64,000 bases of DNA from Lytechinus pictus. Taxonomy: Eukaryota. Below, piece after piece: positions 1 to 11,000 of the stretch (position 1 is the first letter of the stretch; every line of letters starts with the position of its first letter). The position numbers and the translations under genes are program-made. Under the pieces are notes generated by a model. It saw only the letters and a list, made by a program, of their open reading frames with translations, did no database searches and had not been told where the DNA came from. The DNA lies in contig NC_087254.1 in assembly GCF_037042905.1 (NCBI RefSeq), forward strand, positions 20,398,001 to 20,462,000, read 5' to 3'.

Positions 1-214
1 GTGTTGGTTGTTGTCAAGATGGTAAAGGGATCGGGAATCCCGAATCCCTGTAGTGGTTCCATATCCATGGTATCCTGCTTTTCTACATGACTAGACTTGT
101 TGGTAAGGTCAGAATCAACATGTTTAACTGCATGGTCAGTAGGTATTTTTACTTTCCTTGGATTGGGAATAGATTCTTCGTCAAGTTTGATGGCGTCCTT
201 TGGCCGCGAGTTCC
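1..214 (-). CDS. Coding exon 2 (runs off the window) of a minus-strand type II membrane protein gene; stem-like region
   Basis: Minus-strand acceptor ...tattatcAG at 216-215. Open frame (G)NSRPKDAIKLDEESIPNPRKVKIPTDHAVKHVDSDLTNKSSHVEKQDTMDMEPLQGFGIPDPFTILTTTN to the window edge. Phase 1 matches the donor at 1450. Confidence 0.75.
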
Positions 215-1450
215 CTGATAATATTGATCAAAATGAAGGAGATAGAAAAGTATACATTAACATGAAATCAAACTCAATCATTTGGGAACACCTTTCCACC
301 ATCCCAACAAGAACTTATAGGAAGGGCGTATCACATATTTTTTAACGAAAATAACGAAGTTGGGGCTAGATATGTCAATGTACTGTATGTCTTGTGTATT
401 TGTTTCAAAGACGGAGTGAGAACTTTCTCTGGTGAAGCTTTCATCAGCAACTACGCCATCTGCGACGAAGGTATAGAAAGAAGCTTGCAACATTGTAAAC
501 GAACACTGATTTTACCGTAGGGAAATTATTTGTACAGATTAATGCGGGCGAAATATTTTTTAAAGGAAAATTTCCAGATGATTAAAACAAAACTTTTCTC
601 ATCTCTGGGAAAACTACTTTGTCCTAATGATTAAGATTTTTTCCGTCAAAACTTCCCTACAAAAGTTGAATTAATTTAGTTGATAAAATCCTGTTTCTAA
701 ATATCACGCTATATATAAATAAAAAAATATCCATACCTGCAACTATATGATGACCTGATATTTTTGTTGAAACACTTGCGATGCTTCGGGCTTTAATGGA
801 GGAGAATCAGATAATTTTTTTATTTTAATACAAAATTGCATAGTGTTACAAAGAGTACCTATGCTATTAATTACTAATAAGACATATTGATTTAATTGTA
901 ACTGAGCCATGAATTTCAAACACTTTGTCTTCCGCTGCTCATGAGCGAGATTTGATTTTGATTACTTTATTATTATTGAAATATATTTATTCAGGAAAAA
1001 TACAAGATCAGTATAAAAACACTGTTTTACATCAAGGTCCTGAAAAGGTTAAAAAGTTGAATCAAATTCAAAAATCATACTGATATACTGGGAAGATGTC
1101 ACAGAACACTGAACGCCTTTGATGAATAATATAGTTTGACCATAGCATTATTCTTATAAAAATATTTGCTCAAGAATCGTCATAACAGTTAGAGTGTCTC
1201 CACTCAGGTTCAGATCCCCCAAAGGAAAAGCCAATCAACTTTCACATCATTGATGGTCTACACAAACATTTGTTGATACTGTGCCCTCTTTTAAACGATT
1301 ATTGACCTATGTTATGAATTAACCCTATTTTATAAAAACACAGATGCAAGTAGTGTATTTTGTAGCATAAAGGATATAATTTTTCAGTGAAGTGACCACA
1401 CGCATTATACCCTTTCTTGATTTAATTACGAAGTAATCCTTTCTACAAAC

Positions 1451-1682
1451 CTGCTTTAGCTTTCGTCATCTCCAGGTCCGGGCGCCACTGGCATCGGCAG
1501 TCACAAGGGGGCGCTGCTCTCAGAAGAAATACTCCAGTGAGAAGGATTTGACCGCCAATAAAAGCCGCTAGCATTGTAAAGAGGGTAGTATGTGCCTTGT
1601 TCGTCGACCAGGGGGATGTAAAGGATGAATTCCGAGTTGAGAAGAGGTTTCGTCTCACCCCTCGTTTACCCGATGAAACCAT
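1451..1682 (-). CDS. First coding exon of a type II single-pass membrane protein (basic cytoplasmic tail, TM, Cys-rich start of stem); Golgi transferase-like topology
   Basis: ORF 1443..1682 MVSSGKRGVRR...LFTMLAAFIGGQILLTGVFLL-RAAPPCDCRC. Acceptor ttttttaatcAG at 1724-1723; donor GCAG|GTTTGT at 1450, phase 1. The catalytic domain is not in the window, so the family cannot be assigned. Confidence 0.75.
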
Positions 1683-1914
1683 GACTGGTTAGAGAACTTC
1701 CAATCCCGGCTTCCAATGCTATCTGATTAAAAAACAATATTGTTATAAAATATAATTACATAATTGAATTAAGAGTGGAATTGTCTTAATTTGTAATAAC
1801 AATTACAGAGATGCATAATATTTCATATATATTTTTTAGAATTTTATTTCATTTCTTTTAAACATGTGCACACCTAGTTTCCAAGAATGCAGCATTTTCG
1901 TTATTTTATTTGAA

Positions 1915-2023
1915 TGCAGGATAACTGTCGATTGCACGCCTTTCTCACGGGCATAGGTGCCGTGGCCGGGGATTGAACCCCCGACTTTCAAATGTCTAGT
2001 CGTTGCCTTAAACCACTCGATCA
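1915..2023 (-). mobile_element. tRNA-derived SINE fragment
   Basis: Minus strand reads GAGTGGTTTAAGG (A-box-like) ... GGTTCAATCCC (B box), followed by SINE body sequence; no complete cloverleaf. Confidence 0.6.
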
Positions 2024-3207
2024 CGATGATGAAAGTTAACCGATAGCACAGGCGAAGTCATAAATTTTCAACCGGAGGGGGGTGGCATGCGAGGTAGCGA
2101 ATCTACCGTCTATGCCTGGCATATATGGGAAAAGATCTTTTTGTCTTTGCTTGATTAAAAAAAACTTTCTGAATGAAATATTGGATTTTCTGTAAAATTT
2201 AAATGCAAAGTTAAAGCTAGGGAGACTATTATGTTGGTCAAAGACTGCATCCCCGAAAATACGCAATGCCTATAAGCGATTGATTTGTTATCTTCACCTG
2301 TGTGCAGCTGAATATTTTGAACTATACAGTATATTCATTGCAGTGAACGGGTGAGAAAATTTGCAAATTTTACTAGTGAAGATTTACATTTTAAGCCCAT
2401 GGTGAACAATAAATACTGAACTGGAAGAATAGTTACACATATTCAGCAATGAAACTGCACACGATGCAACACCATTTAGAGATTAATAAAAATGCAGTGT
2501 GCGAGCGAGGTATATATAGGCGACCAAGCAATTAAAATCCTTTTAATTTTTTACCCTCTGAACCTCCAATGCCATAAACAGTATGATAAGACATCTTAAT
2601 GAACATGCATGGTGAAAGGGGCGTTTTACGTAAGTGAATTTTCATAATGTTTTTTCAAACACGTAAACAAAATGATTTCGTTTCTATATAAAAATATATA
2701 ATCTTACTAATTGAAATTGTGGTGTATTTTGATTTGTAACATCCTGGGAGATGATTCGAGGGACCAACAATTTTAAGAAATCCCTGCCTATATGCTACAC
2801 ACTCAATAAATTGATTATTGTATAATATTAGGTGAAAAGTAGTTTCGTTTTTTGGTGTCCACAACAATCTGTTGGCCTTGCTACTGTATACCCCCCCCCC
2901 CACACACACACTTTCTCCTATTCACCTGCATTGATTGAATCTTTTTAGAGTGAGCATGCATTCGTACTTGATGGTTTCATGTCCTGAAGAATATCAGTAA
3001 AAATAAAGACATCATAATGTTCAGATAATGTTCATTTATTTGACATCCTTTTTAAAAACATACAAACATATAAACATATATAAATTTACATTTGCAATTG
3101 AATATTGACATAGACGTGTTTAAATCATGTAAATTATACACTGAAATGGTATCTAAACAGTAAAATATTAAAAAAAACAGTAAAAACTACTTCAGAAATA
3201 TACTCAC

Positions 3208-3327
3208 GAATATTATTAGATACCGAATGGTAATGTACAGGGACCGATAGAAAGCACGTATAAGGCAATCCGATTAAAACAGCCAACACGGCATCTGTAG
3301 CAGCGACATCACCAGCAAGAACACAAA
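3208..3327 (-). other. Probable non-coding 5' UTR exon of the minus-strand membrane protein gene
   Basis: Minus-strand acceptor cttgtctttccAG (3329-3328) and donor GTGAGT (3207-3202) bracket a 120-nt, more GC-rich segment. Confidence 0.4.
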
Positions 3328-3480
3328 CTGGAAAGACAAGACCTCTGTGTCATTAAATTGATAAGGTTAAGTAATACAATTGCTTTCCATGTATCAAAGA
3401 CACTGTCCAAAATTCCCCCTTGATATTGCAGTCAACTTGCAGATCCATTTTTATATGCCATGTCCAGATGTCATACATAA

Positions 3481-3798
3481 TATGGCGCGCCGTTTGACCA
3501 ATAATTCAGATAAACACTTTTTATCGCCGATAAACAGTGTTTATCGCCGAAAAACAGTGTTTATCGAGCGATAAACACTGTTTATCAAGCGATAAACACT
3601 GTTAATCGAGAGAAACTGTGTTTTTCAGTCGATAAACATAGTTTCTCTCGATAAACACTGTTTTTCGGCGATAAACACTGTTTATCTGATTTATTGGGCA
3701 AATGGCGCGCACTCGTACTCTAGATCCTGCAGTGCCGTACGTATCACCGTATGCACTGTACTAGCTACTCTAGATCTCCACGTGCGTGCGCCGGCACC
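3481..3798 (+). repeat. Left terminal inverted repeat with ~9 palindromic ~20-bp units (CGATAAACASTGTTTATCG)
   Basis: Tandem units at ~3509-3687, flanked by an outer end (3481) and an inverted inner pseudo-end (...TTATTGGGCAAATGGCGCGC, ending 3710). Confidence 0.9.
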
Positions 3799-4822
3799 AC
3801 GTTTTAAATTATTAAAAATACTGCCCTGTTGTTGGGATGGACCTGTTTAACTAGATTCTCTTGATCTTGAGCAGAATTTTAGCCAACTCCAGGTAAGTCC
3901 CAGATCTGATATTCCCATATTTCTGCTACATCTTTCTGGCGCAATTCCGAAAGCCGTCTGGAATCATTAATCAAACGGTCAGTCGGGTACGATTCTGGGT
4001 CTTGACTTGGTCTTGGGTTGGGGCCCCTAATCCCTATATCTATGCCGTGCTATGGCATGGGCTGGCGCGGCCGCGCCCGTCTGCAGGCCTGGTCCCGGGA
4101 GCGCAGGCAGCCCGGTCGGTCGTTCAATTCCGCAAGCGAGACGCGATCGCGACTGCTAGCTAGCTACAGTAGCTAGTTAGATATAACCGTCTGGTATGAT
4201 ATGGGTCATTCTTTAATAAAATTGACATTTGCTACCCTGGCCCGAGGGGGGAGGGGGGGGGGGTATGGGGGATCCGGATGGTACCGATCTTGTAAGTTGT
4301 ACTTGTAGTTGTACCACATAGACTCTATATCATTACATGGCCACACATGCGCACACGTCATAACAATTGAGTGAATGCATGGCACACTCAGTGAGTTTAA
4401 AAGTCACTCTCATTTGTTGCATGTGTACTACTTTGTGCACTAATTGAAACTATAAGTAGGCCTAGGCCTACACATGAGTGACTCTTGCGTTTTGTTTGCT
4501 TAATCAATGAATGAGCTGTTATCTATGCAAAAGGGAATAGTCTAGAACTAGAATAGAAGCCCAGAAACTTGCTTTTGCCCAACTTTGGCCAGTTTGGGAC
4601 GATTACGTGGTGTTATGAAAGGAGAATGAAACTCTTGGAGCAAGTTAGCTTTTGTGAAAGCAGAAAAATCAAAGAATAAGATCAACAAAAGTTTGAGTAA
4701 AATAGGACTAGCAATAGAAGAGTTATGAGCATTTGAATGTCGAGATCACTAATGCTATGGAGATCCTCTCATTGGCAACGCAACCAAGATCTATGATATC
4801 ACAGACGAACAACTCTCCCCTT

Positions 4823-5953
4823 CAGGGGCGTAGACAACGGGGGGGATGAGGGGGATGCATCCCCCCCACCTCACAAGGTGGGGGGGATGGCATGTACAAT
4901 CATCCCCCCCAGGTTTTGGGAATGATATTTGGTTACTTAATAAGTCATAATGATAATAATAGTAATAATAATAATGATAACAATTATAATATTAATAATA
5001 ATAATAATTATGATGATGATAATAATAATCCTCATCATTATTGTAATTGTGTTTATTGTTATTAGCCGCATTCACACGTTGAAAGCCAATTCAGACGGTA
5101 AAAAAAAGAAAATCTTACAAGTATATTTTGTGGTTATCTTGTGGTTTGGAAACCACAAGATAACCACAAGATTAATCGCGCATATTTTGCAGTGCGCGCA
5201 ATCTCGTGGTGTGGAAACCAAAAGATAACCACGAGTTATTACTCCATGGATCATAGTGATACTGTTTATGTTTTTTGTATCTGTATGTTAATGAGCCGCC
5301 AGCCAATATCCATCTATGGATATTATGCCTGTTTCTTTGAGGTAAAAAAAAAGCATAGTATGTACGTATTCATTATGCTTTATAATGAACAGACATATTG
5401 TTATTTGTTTGTTGTTTATGTGTTCTATTCACAAATGGCCACAGAGGCTGTTTTCATTCATAACCACATACCCATATCAAGACAACAAAGACTATACCTG
5501 CGTGTACACAGTTGACATTGGTTTTTTTTCTGAAGAGGTGTAACAGCAAAATTCACAGAGATAAATAAATACGTAGTGTGGTTCAATATGCAATACTATG
5601 TGTCAGTCCATTCTGTATTCGTATGCCACGGTGTGTAGATCTTGTCGATGTATGTCTGTCCATTCAAGGCGTAGTATGTGTGTGGTGCGCGCACCCGTGT
5701 GTGTGTGTGTGTGTGTGTGTGAGTATGTGTGCATGCGCGCTTGTGTGTGTTATTTTACCTTTAAGTATGCATCAGATTGCACGATTTCAAGTTCAAAATT
5801 GCAAAAGCTCCCTACCGTGGGAGGGGGGACACCCCCCTCCCACACCCTCCCCCCGCTCGGTCGCTTCGCTCCCTCGCTCGGGCGCTTCGCGCCCTCACTA
5901 GCGTTGGCAGCCCAGTCATCCCCCCCAGGTGTACGAACCTGTCTACGCCACTG
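4823..5953. mobile_element. Non-autonomous hAT-type element
   Basis: TIR CAGGGGCGTAGACA / TGTCTACGCCACTG (13/14). Perfect 8-bp TSD CTCCCCTT at 4815-4822 and 5954-5961. Internal (ATA)n and (GT)n microsatellites. Confidence 0.85.
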
Positions 5954-6307
5954 CTCCCCTTTTGGACACTGAAAATATACCCCAAAACATCTCTTTTTAC
6001 TCATTCTAATCATATGACAAACGATTCATCAATGATATAATGTTGTGAAACCTCTGTACTTGTCCTCTCATAAAGAGAACACCTCACCTTGTGATAGATT
6101 CTATAAAAGTGAGAATATAAGTGAAATAAGTACTAAAGCAATGAGGGAGTTGTACGTGTGTGACATCACAGATCTTGGTCGCATTGCCAATGGGAGGATC
6201 TACATGGCATGATCTCAATATTCAAATGCTCATAACTTTCTTATTATTCATTCAATCTTCCTCAAACTTTCAACAATATGTTTCTTTGATTTTTCTCTTT
6301 GATATGG

Positions 6308-7922
6308 TGTCACTACAGCAGTGTGTAGTGATGTTATATTCTCTCATCCAATCTTCATCAAGAGTCTGATTATCAAGACTATACCACCAAAGAGGTATAT
6401 GTTTCCCCAGAAGGTGTGACTCACCGCTAATAGTAGAGTAATTTCATTGTTCTCCAACTTCTCTCCAAGAATATCTTCTTGGAAGTAAAGATAACTTTCA
6501 TTCTCATAGTCAGAGTGATGGAGTAAAGTACTACTCACAATCAGTTGCAGAAAGTTCAAGTAAATTGTTATTTGTGGACAACTACAAAGGCCCAATTCGG
6601 TAAGAACATATTTCATATAATATTGTTTTGATATTTAACATGGTAAATATATTGTAGAATTCATATTACTATTTAAGATAGTTTTGAATGTTTTTAGTTA
6701 GAGAAGATTATGTGTTTGTGTTAACAGAGTGTAATACGTATATTGCATAGTGTAGGAAAGTTGATTTCTTTGTTGTACAGTTTAGTATATTTGAGGAATA
6801 GGTGAATATACTGATGTTGATAGATCTCATAATATTGTTCTTGTATAATACATTTCCATCTAGAAGTGCTAAGATGTAAAAGGCTTTTAAATACAATGAA
6901 TTAGTTGGGTGTAATTATACATAAAGCAAGAAGTCTAGTTTCATTGGGAAACAAAGAGAGTCTGTTTTTGCTAATCCAGTAGAAGCAGGGTCTATGAATG
7001 ACTACTTTGGAATGTGGCCCCTTTCACATTCACCCCTTTTTACTTTCTCTTTTGAGTAGATAAATTACTGCACGTTGTAAATGCAGGGCTTGTTCACATT
7101 TGTATTTTAATCTGGTTTAACTTTAATCTTAAGATAGAATAATGTTATGCTGTTTCGTTATAAGCTGAGTTAGTGTAATAGTAGGAACTATTACTAGTTT
7201 GTTTTCTTATTATACTCTAATCATCTCTAAAGAGTTACTTCTTTAGTTTCATGTTTAACTTGTGATAATGTAGATTACTGTTCGTACATGGCCAATTTGT
7301 TATTAAGAACAAAACCATAACTTTCGTGGAGAGAAAGACCTTTCCTCTGGGAGTGATTTAGGGAGAAACCTTGAATGAATGACTGTGTTGGCATGTAGTT
7401 ATGTTCACCCGGCCAATATCTATTGGGTAGAATACTTAGTAGTGCACAGCACAAAGTGAGTGTAGATGTGTTCATACGAGGATTTAATCAATAGATTAAC
7501 TTTATTCCTTGTATATTTTATACTCTATTAAATTAGGTTAATGTTATAAGGTATAATAGTACAAGTGTATGATGATCACTTATATTAGTGTCAGATTAAT
7601 TCTCATTTAATCATATGTAATCGTAATTGTTGTACTAACTTAGATTTAGTAATTGACATGATTTCAAGATGAAACATTTGTTTATTATTGTTTGTTTATT
7701 CATTATCATTACAGATTGTTATCTGAAGGTGCATAGAAGTATAACTGAAAGTACGACTGAAGTTTGTCACCAGTGTTGGAGATTAACTGAATAAAGCGAA
7801 AGTTTGTTTTATTTCAACAAGTCGAGTCCAGCATTGATTGATTCCTTGTGCCTTGTGAATAACAATAGTTGGACATAAGTAGACGAAACTCCTTCGTAGA
7901 AAGTTTTACGAAGGCAGTCACA
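6308..7922 (+). repeat. 5' LTR (1615 bp)
   Basis: TGTCACTACAGC...GGCAGTCACA. Three ORF-track peptides recur identically at offset 7684. AATAAA at 7790-7795. Confidence 0.97.
6600..7714 (+). other. Predicted intron inside the LTR (copy in 3' LTR at 14284-15398)
   Basis: Donor TCG|GTAAGA at 6600, AT-rich interior, TACTAAC at 7633-7639, T-rich tract and acceptor TTACAG| at 7714. Confidence 0.6.
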
Positions 7923-7934
7923 ATAACAATCGAA
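7923..7934 (+). promoter_or_regulatory. Non-tRNA primer-binding position ATAACAATCGAA, complementary to the predicted LTR splice junction
   Basis: Immediately follows the LTR-terminal CA and lacks the TGG of tRNA PBSs. Its reverse complement TTCGATTGTTAT equals 6596-6599 joined to 7715-7722. Confidence 0.6.
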
Positions 7935-8031
7935 CGGACAACTTGTGTCGTCCAGTCAGGATCACGTTCAGAAAGTTCTGGAATCATCCAAACATACTAC
8001 TTGGAACTTTACTGCCCAAAAGTTTTTCATC

Positions 8032-11000
8032 ATGGCCAACATAGATGGAAAAAATCTAGTCAGCGAGGCTACACGTGTAGATCTTCAGAGGACGTCCTCT
8101 TCGCTGCCAGAAATGATGGATAAGTATCCAAAACCAGCTAGGAGTCTAGCAAGCAGAAAATCAGCCAAAAGCGAGATGCTTATTAAGGCCTTTCAGGCTG
8201 AACTTGATGTTATGGACAAAGAGGACAACATAAAGATTCTGCAAAGGGAGCATGAACAAGCAATGCAGTTGGAGAGAGCCCAGATGGAGCTGAAACGGTT
8301 GAAGCTGCAGAAAGAACATCAGCAGAAATTAGCCGAACTTGCAGAATCAGAAGATGAGCTCTCAAACACCAGTATCAAGTTTCCAGAGGAGACGAAGGAG
8401 GAGTCTGTTCAAAGATTCTTTGAATCTCAATCGACGGATGAGGGCAAGATCCAGACCCAAGCCCCACCAGTTCCAGCCACTCTGAGTGAAGTGAAGCATG
8501 AACCAACCAACGCTTCACCAGGAATGGAAAACGTGGTTGAGTCACTTGCCAAGGTAGCCAACATGATGCTGAATCAAAATGCGACTAGTCAACAAGTATT
8601 GGCAGCCAGTCAGTTACCAAAGGTGGATGTTCCGGTATTTAATGGTGACCCATTACGATATCCCCTCTGGAGAAATGCATTTTCAAGTTTCGTTGACTCC
8701 AAGCCTCTAGATGCCGCAACCAAGCTTCATATGTTGCATACATATGTTACTGGTGAACCAAAGAAGGTCGTGGAGCATTATCTTCTTCTTGGCACCGATG
8801 AAGCTTACCTGAAAGCTAGGGAGTCTCTCGCCAATAGGTATGGCAACACCAGTGTAGTTTCATCAGCGTTCATGAAGAAGTTGAACTCATGGCCGAGAAT
8901 CTCAGACCGGGATCCAAGTGGATTGCGGTCATTTGCGGACTTTCTTCAGCAGGTCAGCGTTGCCAAGGAGACTGTTGACTCCCTTGGCATTCTCGATTAT
9001 CCGCAGGAGAACGTCAAGCTGTTGAGGAAGGTTCCATTCTACCTTGAACGCAAATGGAGAGACGAGGTGACCAAGTGGCAGCGATGTGGATATGGCAGTT
9101 ACCCTACCTTTGCCAGATTTGTAGACTTCGTCACCAGTGCAGCAGAAGTGGCCAATATTCCAGAGTTGGAATACACCAGGTTAGACGAGGCGAAAGTAAA
9201 GTCAGCACCTCCGAAAGGGAAGACCTTTCAAGGTCGGTCACTGTCTACAACAGCCGCACATGGAAAGGAGTATTCATCATGTCCTTACTGTGATAAGGAC
9301 CATCACATCGATGACTGCCCAGAGTTCAAGCAGATCTACTACAAGGATAAGAAGACGTTCTTCTTCAAGAAGTATCTGTGTATGGGATGTGGCCAAAGTA
9401 GCAACCACTTTGGGAAGGACTGCAAGCAACGCCGGGAATGTAAAAAGTGTAAGGGAACCCACTTGACATGCCTACACCGACAGAAGATAGAAAAATCATC
9501 GGCTAGCTCAAACTGTACCAACATCTGCGATCTTCCTGACCAAGATGGAAAGGACCATTGTATGATTGTGCCGGTTTGGGTGAGGCAAGCTGATGATCCA
9601 TCGAGGGAATTCCTAGAATATGCGATCCTCGACGACCAGTCCAATGTTGGATTTGTCTCCAGTGGTCTTTGCGACAGAATGGGTGTTAAAGGACCTGAGA
9701 CTGATCTTTTGCTTACAACAATGCACGAGAGTGCTCAGATTAGCTGTCAAAAGATTAGTGGTCTTGAGGTCTTGGACTTCCAAAAGTCTACAGTTGTCCA
9801 ACTCCCGTCCTGCTACACCAGACAAGAGGTTCCGGCCAAGCGGTCACAAATTCCCAAGGCAGAAGTTCTGAGGAAATGGAGGCATCTAGCACCAATCGCA
9901 GATGAGTTGATGCCATACAACCCGTCAATTAAGGTTTCCTTGCTCATAGGAAACAACTGTCCTAGAGCGATTCGACCCCGAGAAGTACTCGCTGGTGCAG
10001 AAGACGACCCGTATGCGATGAAAACTTCACTCGGATGGGGCGTTGTCGGCAGAGTATGTCAGAGTTCTCAAAGTGATGATGCCGTCTGCCACAGGATTCA
10101 GACAAGTGAAGGATATCCCCACTTGGTGCACTCAAGCCAAGCGAAGGAAGTGTTTGCACCAGAGTCTGTACTGAAGATCTTGGAACGAGACTTCCAAATG
10201 ACAAGTCCAAAAGGAGCTCCACTCTCAGTGAAAGAAACAAGGTTCATGACAATCTTGGAGGATGGAATCCGCAAGAGAAGTGATGGACACTACCAAATGC
10301 CCTTGCCCTTGAAGTCAGATCAGGTGACCTTTCCTGACAACAAGATTCTTGCTGTTAAAAGATGGAGACAGCTATCTGCAAGATTTAGGAAGAACCAGAA
10401 GTTTCTGGATGACTACAAGACCTTCATGGATGATGTAATCACCAACTACGCAGAACGAGTACCAGATGACTGCTTGAAGGTTCGAGATGGCAGAGTAAAC
10501 TATATTCCGCACACAGGGGTGTACCATCCTCACAAGCCTGACAAAATCCGTGTTGTATTCGACTGTTCAGCAAAATTTGAAGGCGTATCCTTGAATGATC
10601 ATCTTCTGCAAGGTCCTGACCTGATGAATGGACTACTTGGTGTTCTGTGCCGATTCCGAAAGGAAGAAGTTGCCTTCATGGCTGATGTGAAAGGAATGTT
10701 CCTTCAGTTCTACGTAGATGAAGAAGACCGGAACTTGCTGCGGTTCCTGTGGTATGAAGGCGGTGACGAAACAAAGGAAGCTGTTGAATACCGGATGAAG
10801 GTTCATCTCTTCGGAGCAGCTAGTTCTCCAGGATGCAGTAACTTTGGACTGAGAAGGGCTGCAACAGATGGTGAAGAAGAGTTTGGTTCAAGTGCAGCAG
10901 AGTTCATTCGTAGAGACTTCTACGTAGATGACGGTCTTAGTTCACGACCTACTGCGGAAGAGGCTGTGCAGCTGCTGAAAAACAGTCAAGCAATCTGTGC

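Noticed and set aside
6344-7475. Small ORFs in the LTRs (repeated at 14028-15159)
   Set aside because: Antisense, short, no motifs; useful only as evidence of LTR identity.
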